From Eledone cirrhosa (lineage: Eukaryota), in contig OZ024741.1 in NCBI GenBank assembly GCA_964016885.1, positions 319,920,001 to 319,984,000 of the forward strand: a stretch of 64,000 nt of DNA, given 5' to 3'. Positions 39,701 through 53,067 of this stretch are shown one piece after another (position 1 is the first letter of the stretch; every line of letters starts with the position of its first letter). The notes under the pieces were generated by a model. That model ran no database searches. It was not told where the DNA came from and saw only the letters and a program-made list of their open reading frames with translations. The translations under genes and the position numbers were made by a program.

Positions 39701-40109
39701 CTAAGTGAAGACACAAGCTAAGGCGATACGTGGCACACCTACCCATAAACTCTTCCCACAGTATTTGGAACAGAAATATACGAGTGTTAACCATCAAGGA
39801 CATCGGTGATGATGTTGACCAATGGCTTGTGTTAACTTTTCTGGCACCTTGTAGGGAGCTGGTGAGCGCCAAAATGACTTTCAGTTCCCATGGTCGAGTG
39901 AAGCCATACTGATATAAGTCGTCACACCTCCGCAATACAAAATAAAATGATTTAAGAGCTGTGCACTTCTAAGACTGAACAGAGAGGCCAGCTGTTGCAC
40001 ACGTAGCAGTAAAAGAAAAATGCAAATAAAAAAACCCTGAAACTATATTTTTCCAAGATTTAATTTTTTAAATCCTCATACTTCTACTCATAATATAATA
40101 ATTGTTTCT

Positions 40110-40470
40110 CGCATAGACACAAGGCCAGTAATATTAAAGGAGTGAAAAGTCGATTAACTCGAACTCAGTACTTGATTGGTACTTTATGTAATCGACCCGG
40201 ATTGATGAAAGGCGAAGTTAATCTCGGCGGGATTTTAACTCAGAACGTAAAGGGCCATAACTATATGTTGTAAAGAATGTTTCCCGATGCTCAACCGATA
40301 TTGCCAATCCACTGCCCTCATAAATCTAATAATGATTTCTACTATAGACACAAGGCCAGAAATTTGGGGAGAGGGGTAAGTCAATTAAATCGACCCCAGT
40401 GCGTGACTGGTACTTTATTTTATCGACTTCGTAAGGATGAAAGGCAAAGCAAACCTTGCCTTTCATCCTT
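40110..40470 (-). mobile_element. Two tandem copies of the tRNA-derived SINE
   Basis: Two occurrences of acaaggccag...ggtacttt...gatgaaaggc. Confidence 0.8.
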
Positions 40471-42030
40471 TACCACTAGACAACGTTATCATATGCCAGC
40501 TTATATCTCAAAATCAACTAACACCTATCCCAACATTCTTTTATATAGCTGGAACTTTCCATACAATAACCATAGCCCACGTTCTACTATCAATATTATA
40601 TGTTTTAATACGGACAAAAGTTTTCAAAAGCGGTTTTTTTTTTTGGTTGAGAAACGTTTGGGGTAACCCCAAAGTCTAATACTGTTATACTAGTCTAATA
40701 CTGTCGTAATATAAATATTCTCCTCTACTTTTTTTCATGGAACCCCAGACACTCCTTTGCGGACCCCAGTTTAGTAACCACTCACCTCTGTCAAAAACCC
40801 ATTTTTTGCATTACATCTTACAAACCAAAATGCTATACGGCAAACATGTTTTCTCTCTGCACTTCCAACGCCCTAAATCTTCACTACATATATTTTCCTA
40901 ATATCACATGCTTTATTCAATACATGGATTGAGACCAACATTTTATAGCTCCAATATCTTTTCATTCATTTATTCATATATCGATTTAAGCAATTTCCTT
41001 AATACGCTTTATATTTCAATATTGATTCATTTATTTATTTCCAATAATTACACTTTTATACTTTCGAAATGGTTTATAATCAATATGAGATTTTACATTT
41101 TTTTAAATGTTTCTAATAAAGACCGTTCAATTTTTCATTTAGTACAAACTGTTATTGATTGTGAACGAACACATAACTTATTGCTAAATAATCATTCTAT
41201 ATATACTTTATATATTTAGTGCTTGGTTCCTATATTTTTACGTATTACTATATACAACTTTTTTCATAAATTCCCTATATATGGGAGTAACTCGGCGTAT
41301 ATTAATATGTGTGAAGATATATAGGCGTATATCCAGATAAATGTGTTTGTATACATGTGCATTTATATACATATATTTGCGATGTCCAAGGAAAAAAACA
41401 AATATAATAAAACAAATATAAGAATGTACCAACACAGCACTCACGTGTGTGTCTGTGTACACAGACACACACACGCGCGCGCGCGCGCGAAAGTAAGTTC
41501 AGTTGTGTGGGGCGTTGGTTAACCCAATATTTCCAATTTACATCGTCAAATTGAGATTTGACTGACATAGCTTCTGTTGCTTTGTGAACTAACTTTCGGT
41601 GAGTGTTGTGTTGGTACATTCTTATATTTGTTTTATTATATTTGTTTTTTTCCTCGGACATCGCTTCGGTGTGTGTGAAAGTGTGTGTGTACCCACCCAC
41701 GCTAATTCTACGGGTTTAATAATGTGTTGATGTGTGTGTATATATATGTATATATTTTTCTTTGACCTCGAGCCGATGTATGTGGGTGTGGAGTGTGTGT
41801 GTGTACCCACTCACTTTTAACTGTGTCTGACTGTATCCCTACAGATTTGATTGATGTCCAGCGTCTTTTGCAGCGATAGAAATCTGAAAACTTTTATGAC
41901 CTCAACTAAAGCTAATAGCAGTCGCCTTGTCTGTGACTGACTGGTGTGTCTCCATATGAGGGAATGAATTCTGTGAGAGAACATCGTTATTTTTTCTCCC
42001 TCATATCAAGAATTTGAAGACAATTCATTT

Positions 42031-42104
42031 TCACCTGATGAGATCAGTGATAATCGATCATGGCTTCATAATCGATCTATCTCTTATTGAAACATGTGTC
42101 GTGA
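42031..42104 (+). ncRNA. Degenerate hammerhead in a pseudo-LTR-like remnant
   Basis: TCAC-CTGATGA...GAAA-CATGTG-TC-GTGA followed by ATTAAA; stem II is poorly paired. Confidence 0.5.
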
Positions 42105-42276
42105 TTAAATGATTTAATTTTACCTTGCCTTCGGATTTTCATTTTGATACTTATACTCCGTTTTACATCATCTAGCTGTTTCCTCGAATGGAATTGGAGA
42201 TATACAAAAGCGTGGAGAACTTAATATTGCTAACATAAAGTTACTGGACCATTTTACACAACCAATAATGCACCTT

Positions 42277-42340
<64 letters not shown>

Positions 42341-42402
42341 TAAGGTAATGAATTCTTTTACAATGGAATTAGCTCGAAGGAGGAAAATACCCCTGAGCCG
42401 TG

Positions 42403-42532
42403 TATAAACTAATATATATGATGAAACACAGATACCAACACATCTGTATATATATTGCAAAAGAAAATTTTCTTTTGCAATATATATACAGATGTGTTGG
42501 TATCTGTGTTTCATCATATATATTAGTTTATA
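42403..42532. repeat. Perfect 130-bp spacerless palindrome
   Basis: Centred on gcaaaagaaaa|ttttcttttgc at 42467/42468. Confidence 0.92.
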
Positions 42533-43494
42533 TATATATATATACATCTATGATGCTGGGATGAATTGTAAATGTCAAAATACCATTCTTGAGAACTCAA
42601 AATCATCTTTAAGACGATCGGTGTATTCGTTAATTTCATATATTTCGAATCAATGCTAAATTTATAGAAGCATCCACTATTATTTCGATTATGTCACTCA
42701 CGGAACTTGCACAATAACAACAGGTGTGGAAACCTGAATCAGTAGGAACTCATACCAATGCTGTTGTGAGGCAATAGTACCTAATACAGGGAATAAGAAA
42801 TTAATGAAATTTAACAATGAAAAACTTTTAAAAGATTTACATTTCACATCCTCGAACTGTGCGGCTTTGATCCTGCTAAAACATTGCTAAATGCAAATAT
42901 TAAAAATTACTTATTAACAATTAGGATTTCGCAAATATCTCGTCAGAGATCTATCCCTAAAAAAAACAAACAACAAAAAGGCAAAACCCACAATGCCAAT
43001 GGTTTTTTGCTCTGCTAAAATAGCTATTATAGATTTTACAGTAGCATGACAGACCAGGCTGCTGCAGCAAAATTCCTGGGAAGATACTAAACATAGACCT
43101 ACTTTCTCCGAGTTACAAAGCACTCAACCAATCAAATCAAATTATCGGGAGTGAGAAATAATAGGAATTTAGAACGAAACAATACTAAGTGCATATATGC
43201 ATCCACTATTATGTCGATCATGTTGCGTACGGATCTTGCTCAATATCATGTGTGATACAGTTTTGAAGCGACCATACCCAAATAAAACATTCATATATAT
43301 TTTTTTCTACAGGATTTTATTGTTAAACCTGACTGTTAGACTCACGTTTAAACTCAATACATGTGTATAAGAAAACTCAAGACGCTAAGAATTTTAAATC
43401 GCAAAGTAGTCATGTCTTCAACAATACACAGAGATACTCACACACTTACACACACACACACTTACACACACATACGCACGCACGCGCGCACGCA

Positions 43495-43560
<66 letters not shown>

Positions 43561-43568
43561 TGCACACA

Positions 43569-43618
<50 letters not shown>

Positions 43619-43689
43619 TATATAGAGATATATCTCCTTATAATATATAACCACCAATTTCTCTGTTTGTCTGTCTGTCCGACAGTGGA

Positions 43690-44165
43690 AACACGTGCGC
43701 GCGTGCGAATGTTTTTTGCGCACGCGTAGAGAGAGAGTGAGAGTGAAAGAAAGAGAGAGACTACGAGAGAGGGATAGCGGGAGGGAGAGAGGGAGAGAGA
43801 GAGTGAATAGACGCTAAAACACGTGCGTGCGTGCGAATGTTTTTTGCGCACGCGTAGAGAGAGAGTGAGAGTGAAAGAAAGAGACAGACTACAAGAGGGG
43901 GACAGCGGGAGGGAGAGAGGGGGGAATTGAGGAGTGCTACAGAAACATATATACATTTCTGTGTGTGTGTGTAATATATATATATATATATACACACACA
44001 GAAATATATATATATACACACAGAAATATATATACATTTCTGTGTGTGTAATATATATATACACACAGAAATATATATACATTTCTGTGTGTGTAATATA
44101 TATATATATATATACACACACAGAAATATATATACATTTCTGTGTGTGTAATATATATATATATA
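43690..44165. repeat. Tandem duplications: two copies of about 130 bp, then about five 40-bp self-complementary units
   Basis: Repeated acacacagaaatatatatacatttctgtgtgt units. Confidence 0.85.
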
Positions 44166-44201
44166 CTAGCAGAAAACCACCCGTGGGCGGTTTTCTGCTA
44201 G

Positions 44202-44835
44202 TCTATATATATAAAAGCAAGTCGGTCTGTGTGTGTGTGTGTCTGTCTGTGTGTCTGTCTGTGTACACATACTAGGCTCCTTTTAACTTTTGAAGTACTA
44301 CGCCGATTTCAACCAAATTTGGCACACATGCTGCTTATATGCCAGAGCAGGTTTTCGACAAAAACAAATTTGACAAAAATCGATACCGGGGCCGAAAAAT
44401 CGATTTTGTGTGTGTATCTGTCTGTGTACAAATACTAGGCTCCTTTGAACTTTTGAAGTACTAGGCCGATTTGCTTCAAGGAATGATATTTCTATGTCCA
44501 GTGGATGGTCAACGTGGTAGTGGCAGCGCCATCTTACGCATAGGGTTTAGTCTACTGAAGGACATACGGTGCGTCTATTCCATCTTTATCCCCTTACTCA
44601 TACCTACTACAGCAAGGCCGGACCTGAAATCATTCACGTCAATTAACTCAAGCTACCCCATGAATTGTTTTTATGTTGCCGTTTAATTCACTCAATCATG
44701 TCACTGTACACCCATTTTGTTAAACCTTTTTTTACAATTACATTTCAATTCTTTGCTCAACCTTTGGTTCTCTTTATACGGACAAACAGGCTGTCATTCA
44801 TTTCCCGAGCAACGCCGGGTACATCTGCATGTATT
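44202..44835 (+). mobile_element. Probable non-autonomous Helitron-like element
   Basis: 5' TCtatatatataaaag followed by a GTCT/GT microsatellite; internal ttcaaccaaatttggcacac; 3' ccgagcaacgccgggtac; preceded by a CTAG-ended hairpin at 44166-44201. Confidence 0.55.
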
Positions 44836-45649
44836 ACATAAATTACACATATATTGTATGTATGTAAATCTATGCCTTACATATAAATACACACATATAA
44901 TCTCTCTCTCTCTCAATATATATATATACATATGTATATGAATATGTTGACGCATATGCATCTGCATTTATGTACAAGCAGTCTTGCATATAGTTGTGTG
45001 TATTTTATGTATAAATATGCATGTTAAGTGTATACATAAGTGCATAAACATGTCTTTGTCTGGTCTCATATATACATGTCTATGTATATGAGCGAGGAAT
45101 CATATGTGATTTTATAGATGTATATATTTCTATGTTTATATTTCTTATAATCACATGTTTACCAGTTATCATGCAACGGTTGTATAAATACTATTATCTG
45201 AAATTTGTACTACTGATATTTCTATATTTATGTATTTATGTCGTTTTGCAATGTTTTATATAAATTTTCATATAATATAGAAACAATTTTCAAATATTCT
45301 CCAAATCATTTTTCTCCAAATATTATTTTTATATACCTTATATCTTTAGTATATTTACACTTGTTTACAGCTTGTTATATGCCCATAAGTAGAAGCAGTA
45401 ATTCCCGCAAAGTTATTGTTTTTTTTTTATCCAGCATCGAACAAGCTTCTTTGATCATAATCAATCACTCAAACATTGAGAACAAGGAGCACGGAAAGAA
45501 GCACATACTTATGTAACTTATAAACAGGAGAGATATATGTATGTATTATGTATGTATATATGTATGCATGTATGTATGTATGTATGTATGTATGTATGTA
45601 TGTATGTATGTATGTATGTATGCATGCATGTATGTATGTTTGTATGTAT

Positions 45650-45950
45650 GGTAAATATCATCTTGGTTAAGAGAGTGGGACTGGCTTTGTGCAGTGCCTT
45701 TGCTCACTATAAAAGCTTCACGGCACAGGCATTGTTTTATATCTGGAGATCTCTCTGCACTTGTCGTCACATGGTACCATGGGCCCAGCACTATGTGTGA
45801 ATAATTGTCACAAGTGTAGTGTTTGTACCAGAGTTTTCAAGTCGCTGGCTGGACTAGAAAGTCACACTCGTTCAGCGCATCGGTAGGGGTTCTCCTACAT
45901 GGATATAAAGTAGTAGCCGTACTCGAAAACGAGTTGGCAGCCACCATGTA
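45650..45950 (+). mobile_element. RTE-like 3' end with a (TGTA)n tail, copy a
   Basis: Encodes a terminal C2H2-like CSVC.RVFKSLAGLESHTRSAHR*; nearly the same as 46540-46832. Confidence 0.65.
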
Positions 45951-46417
45951 TGCATGTATGTATGCATGTATGTATGCATGTATGTTTGCATGTATGTATG
46001 TATGTATTATGTATGTATTATATATGTATGTATGTATGTATGTATATATGTTCTACTGGTTTTATAATTTCACAAATTTTTCCCAATAGAGAGAGAGTCG
46101 GTTTCTACAATAGACACAAGACTCTCTCATTGGAATTTAAACAACATCAACTAGGTAGATACGTATGTATGTCTGCATACATGCATGTGTAGATATGGAT
46201 GTTATTGTATGTGTGGATGTGTATGTTTTGAGTTGTATCTGTGCATGTTTATATGCTTTGTATCTGTACATGTGTATATGCAGTTATTAGATGCAAAATG
46301 TTTGGAATGTTTTACGTATTTCTAATGTTCCATTAATGCATGTATGTATGTATGTATGTATGTATGTATGTATGTATGTATGTATGTATGTATGTATGTA
46401 TGTATGTATGTATTTAT

Positions 46418-46832
46418 GTCAGGTCACCAGTGGGTGCTACTGGTAACATGTATCCCAGTACAACCTGTCTCATGATCGGGTCGTTGACGACTAAACTGGC
46501 AACATCCAATGATGTTGACTTGTTCTTCTTTTTGATAAAAATCATCTTGGTTAAGAGAGTGGGACTGGCTTTGTGCAGTGCCTTTGCTCACTATAAAAGC
46601 TTCACAGCACAGGCATTTCTTTATATCTGGAGATCTCTCTGCACTTGTCGTCACGGGGTACAATGGGCCCAGCACTATGTGTCAATAATTGTCACAAGTG
46701 TAGTGTTTGTACCGGAGTTTTCAAGTCGCTGGCTGGACTAAAAAGTCACATTCGTTCAGCGCATCGGTAGGGGTTCTCCTACATGGATATAAAGTAGTGG
46801 CCATACTCGAAAACGAGTTGGCAGCCACCATG
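46418..46832 (+). mobile_element. Internally deleted RTE-like element, copy b
   Basis: 5' UTR head fused to a 3' end coding CSVCTGVFKSLAGLKSHIRSAHR*; sits in (TGTA)n. Confidence 0.65.
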
Positions 46833-47040
46833 TACGTATCTAAGCATGTATGCACGTATCTAAGCATGTATGTACGTATGTACGCATGTATGTATGTACG
46901 CGTGTACGGATACATGTATGTGTGTATGTACGTATGTATGTATGTATTTACGTATGTACGCATATATGTACGCATGTACGCATATATGTATGTATATATG
47001 TAAGTACGTATGTTTGTATATACGCATGTACGTATGTATG

Positions 47041-47103
<63 letters not shown>

Positions 47104-47408
47104 CATATTTTCTGTGTACGAAAGAATAATAGTATCTTTTCACATTTGTTTACGCATCTCCGCTGCGTTTTATAAAATATAGTTTTAGCTACATTAAATT
47201 CGTCTAATTTTGTAATATACATTGTGTTGTGCACACGCACACGCACACGCACACGCACACACACACGCACAGACACACACGCGCGCGCACAGACACATGT
47301 GTATATATATGTATTTATGTATATATGTGAGTGTTCATATGTGTGTATGGGTGCATACATATATGTATACATGTATGTATGTAGATATGCACACACACAC
47401 ACACACAA

Positions 47409-47457
<49 letters not shown>

Positions 47458-47594
47458 GTGAGAGCTTGTCCGTATGTTTGTATGTATTATGTTTGTATAT
47501 ATATATGCATGCATATATATATATATGCATGCATATGTGCATGTGACCATTTCATTCAAACATAATACATACAAACATACGGACAAGCTCTCAC

Positions 47595-47641
<47 letters not shown>

Positions 47642-47932
47642 TTGTGTGTGTGTGTGTGTGTGCATATCTACATACATACATGTATACATATATGTATGCA
47701 CCCATACACACATACGAACACTCACATATATACATAAATACATATATATATACACATGTGTCTGTGCGCGCGCGTGTGTGTCTGTGCGTGTGCGTGTGCG
47801 TGTGCACAACACAATGTATATTACAAAATTAGACGAATTTAATGTAGCTAAAACTATATTTTATAAAACGCAGCGGAGATGCGTAAACAAATGTGAAAAG
47901 ATACTATTATTCTTTCGTACACAGAAAATATG

Positions 47933-47995
<63 letters not shown>

Positions 47996-48202
47996 CATAC
48001 ATACGTACATGCGTATATACAAACATACGTACTTACATATATACATACATATATGCGTACATGCGTACATATATGCGTACATACGTAAATACATACATAC
48101 ATACGTACATACACACATACATGTATCCGTGCACGCGTACATACATACATGCGTACATACGTACATACATGCTTAGATACGTGCATACATGCTTAGATAC
48201 GT

Positions 48203-48814
48203 ACATGGTGGCTGCCAACTCGTTTTCGAGTACGGCCACTACTTTATATCCATGTAGGAGAACCCCTACCGATGCGCTGAACGAATGTGACTTTTTAGTC
48301 CAGCCAGCGACTTGAAAACTCCGGTACAAACACTACACTTGTGACAATTATTGACACATAGTGCTGGGCCCATTGTACCCCGTGACGACAAGTGCAGAGA
48401 GATCTCCAGATATAAAGAAATGCCTGTGCTGTGAAGCTTTTATAGTGAGCAAAGGCACTGCACAAAGCCAGTCCCACTCTCTTAACCAAGATGATTTTTA
48501 TCAAAAAGAAGAACAAGTCAACATCATTGGATGCCATCAGAGTTGCAGGTGTTATATCAGAGTTTTCCTTCTCCTAGAATTCTGCCTTGACAAAGGCTAA
48601 GGGGTCATCTCTCCCGGTAATTTTGGATGGCCATTGACTCTTAAGAGCTCCGTGGCCCTTTGACAGGTTTTGTTTTTAGTCCTGCAGGATGTCCAAAGTC
48701 ACCCTCCTCCCCAAGAAACCTTGGTGATGTTGCCAGTTTAGTCGTCAACGACCCGATCATGAGACAGGTTGTACTGGGATACATGTTACCAGTAGCACCC
48801 ACTGGTGACCTGAC
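48203..48814 (-). mobile_element. Internally deleted RTE-like element, copy c (longer 5' UTR)
   Basis: Reverse complement of copy b plus about 200 bp containing GGAGAAGGAAAACTCTGA, a motif I recognise from RTE 5' UTRs. Confidence 0.65.
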
Positions 48815-48994
48815 ATAAATACATACATACATACATACATACATACATACATACATACATGCATTAATGGAACAGTAGAAATATGTAAAACATTCCAAAC
48901 ATTTTGCATCTAATAACTGCATATACACATGTACAGATACAAAGCATATATGCATGCATATATATATATGCATACATATGTGCATGTGACCATT

Positions 48995-49671
48995 TCATCT
49001 CACCACACCCTCTACGGAACTAACAGGAACTTACCCACGGACATACACTCACAAATATTTTTTTCGAACCACGCCACCTACATTCACAACACGTATAAAC
49101 ACCACACACACGTGCGTACCCCCACATATATACACACTCACTCCCCGAAATCCTCCCTCCCCACCCCTCTGACCCCTCCCCATTCACACGCGCACACACA
49201 CACCGACCTACACCCCAGCCTCACACCCACACCTTTTCCTGAACATAGAACCTCGTTCTTCGCCCAACTCTCACATTCACACACACACACACACACGCAC
49301 GTACACCTACACACATACACCACATTCAGCACTCCCCGCTCGGTCACCCCGCCTCCCTCTCCCCACTCCACCCGCCTCCACCCCTACACGCCCAGACCCT
49401 TCTACCACTTGTTTATCTTCATGTTTATTTATTTATTTATTTTTTATTTTTATTTGTACCTCTTCCACCATTTTTTTTCCTTTCCTCGCTCCACCCTTTT
49501 TTCTAAATGTCTCTCCTCCACTCCCCTACACACCCTCGGAACTCTCTTCCCACCCACTTTTCGCCTGAAGAAGGGCTTATGCCCGAAACGTCGCCCCCCC
49601 CCACTCTCTAGAGCGTGAAACTAATAAACCTTTGTTCGTACTGCCTCTCTGTTTTGTTCCCGTTCCATTTT

Positions 49672-49676
<5 letters not shown>
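48995..49676 (+). mobile_element. Penelope-like 3' end / pseudo-LTR ending in (TA)n
   Basis: Minimal hammerhead CTGAAGA-A-GGGC ttat GCCC-GAAA-CG-TC (49565-49592), followed by AATAAA at 49623. Confidence 0.7.
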
Positions 49677-50564
<888 letters not shown>

Positions 50565-50640
50565 ATATAGGCAAAGTTAACCTCGGCGGGATATGAGTCC
50601 CCAGTGTCCGCGCATTGCCTGGAGACTTAGCTGAGAATAG

Positions 50641-50721
50641 ACTCCCTGATGACGCAATGAATTCTCGACAGTTTATTACGTAACTGTCTTTATCCCATTG
50701 CAGAAACTAATTAGTTGGAGT
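50641..50721 (+). ncRNA. Type I hammerhead ribozyme in a sister pseudo-LTR-like copy (about 50597-50890)
   Basis: ACTCC-CTGATGA-C-GCAATG...CATTGC-A-GAAA-CTAATTAG-TT-GGAGT. Confidence 0.75.
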
Positions 50722-50910
50722 GAAAATTTTAGGAAGTAAGTTAATGTTTTAAGATTTTCTTATTTTACGTCTCTTATATTATTGTTCTGCATCCTCCTGC
50801 ATTGAACCACCTAGGTACTATGACATAACCTGTGTATTTGCTAGCATTAGCGTACATCTGTACGCATATGTTAGTAGATATACTAAATTCTCTCTCTCTC
50901 TCTCTCTCTC

Positions 50911-50990
<80 letters not shown>

Positions 50991-51130
50991 TAGGAAGCTA
51001 CGTATGAGTGGCCTCATATATATATGCACATATGAATCTATATGGGTATATATATATTAACTTTGTACCACATGGGCTTCTATGTTGTTATAATTTTATA
51101 TTTATCATATTCCTATATTTTGTTCTTCCA

Positions 51131-51320
51131 GGATTGGCAGTGTCGGTAGAAGGTCGGACGCCATGCTTTGATGCATAGAGTTACGGTTCTTGCCATTCTG
51201 AGTTCAAATCCCGCCGAGGTTAACTTTGCCTTTCATCCTTACAGGGTCGATAAAATAAAGTACCAGTAATACACTGGATAATTACTGGCCTTGTACCAAA
51301 AAGTAGAAACAGTTATTATA
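51131..51320 (+). mobile_element. tRNA-derived SINE
   Basis: A-box-like tggcagtgtcgg, B-box gagttcaaatcc, and the conserved core and tail. Confidence 0.8.
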
Positions 51321-51650
51321 TTCTCGTATGTTTTACTTTTTATTTGTTAACAATAAAACCATTGTACCACGATTATTTTACGGAATTTATTCTATTTATA
51401 TATTTATAAAGTTTCAGTCTTTTTATATGGTTTTTAATATATGATTTAAGCATTTTTGAAGTGATCGTGAAACAATTTAGATTTTCTGTTTATATATTTT
51501 ATACGTTTTATTGACAGCATGACCCTCCTAAAATCTAACAATATCTGTTTCAACACATTTTTTTTCCAGATAAGGAATCTTGCAAAACAAATACAACATT
51601 TTATATATTTATATATTTATATAGATAGTTATTAAGCACTAAAAAGGTTA

Positions 51651-51743
<93 letters not shown>

Positions 51744-52445
51744 AATGTAAGTTTCTACACAAAACGAAGGTTATAGAGAAAATTGAGGTTGGTAATGGCA
51801 CATGGAATATATAAGAGACAGAATACTTTTTTGTGAAAAAACGTATAATTTTATAAGGTAAGGAAATAATAAAGGGTATAAAAAATGACCGGTTTCGATG
51901 GGTCTGCAAAAGCCATCTTTTCAAATGTTGATTAATATTAAGAAAATTAATAATAAGAAGAGTTAAAATTTGAGATTTGAAAATTCAAGGATAAAATTCA
52001 GTGTGGGATTTCATAGTAGTTTTCATCTTGATAGCAGCAAGTTGACTGCTGTGTGCCTTTCTGGTAGTGAATGAGGAGTTATTTGGGGGAGTGGGTTATT
52101 TTATAAAGGTCAGATTTAGCAATGGCCAGATGGCCAGCTGCTGGTCAGTGAGGGGGTGGAAGCAATATACATACATATATCTCCCTGTGGTCGGTAGGAG
52201 AGGAGAGAGTGATAGATAGGGATTTAGTGCACTTACACCTATATATACACACATACCCTCATCCACACACACATACATATACATATACATACATATATAT
52301 ATATACATATATATACATATACACACATACATACACACACACATACATATACATACACACATACACACACACACATATATACACATACATACACATATAT
52401 ATATACACACACACACATATATATACATACACATACATCCAGATA

Positions 52446-52496
<51 letters not shown>

Positions 52497-53067
52497 GTAC
52501 ATACCCATATATACACACACACACACACATATATATATACACATACACACACATATATATACACACACACATATATATACACATACGCATACATCCAGAT
52601 ACACACATACATACACACACACACAATACATACACATACATACATCCACATGCACACACATACACACACACACATACACATACATACACCCACACACATA
52701 GAGAAATGGCCTCCAAATATATATATATATACATACATACACATATATTTTTTCCATAATATAAGAAGTTAGGACAGTGAAATTAAAATACAAGTCATTC
52801 TGATCACATTGATTTCTCCAGATTGGGCCCCGCAACCGACAGTGGTGAATTCTGTGTGCGCATATATATATAGATATATGTGTGTGCACGTGCAGGGTTT
52901 AACATGGATGTGTTGGTCACACAAAGGCATGGTCTGTCAACGAATAAACTTGATTCTACAGAATTCGTCTCTGGTCTTTAATAGTAGTGATAATTATATA
53001 CATGCACACATACACACACATATATCTGTCACTCCGTGCGTATGTGTGTTTATATTTTATGACAATT

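Larger units (their letters stand above)
46250..48950. repeat. Inverted duplication of about 1.3 kb (46250-47490 / 47560-48950)
   Basis: Mirror-image ORFs in the track (e.g. 46721-47143 on - and 47893-48315 on +), with a few substitutions and one deletion. Confidence 0.9.

Noticed and set aside
43070-43125. SWEDTKHRPTFSEL resembling tyrosine kinase subdomain XI
   Set aside because: W-to-RP spacing is one residue short, there is an in-frame stop just upstream, and no other kinase exons were seen.
43940-44165. Regularly spaced palindromic 40-bp units, superficially CRISPR-like
   Set aside because: No unique spacers; the units are separated only by TA/CA runs in a eukaryotic context.
51131-51215. 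tRNA gene
   Set aside because: A/B boxes are present but there is no cloverleaf; it is the head of a multi-copy SINE.
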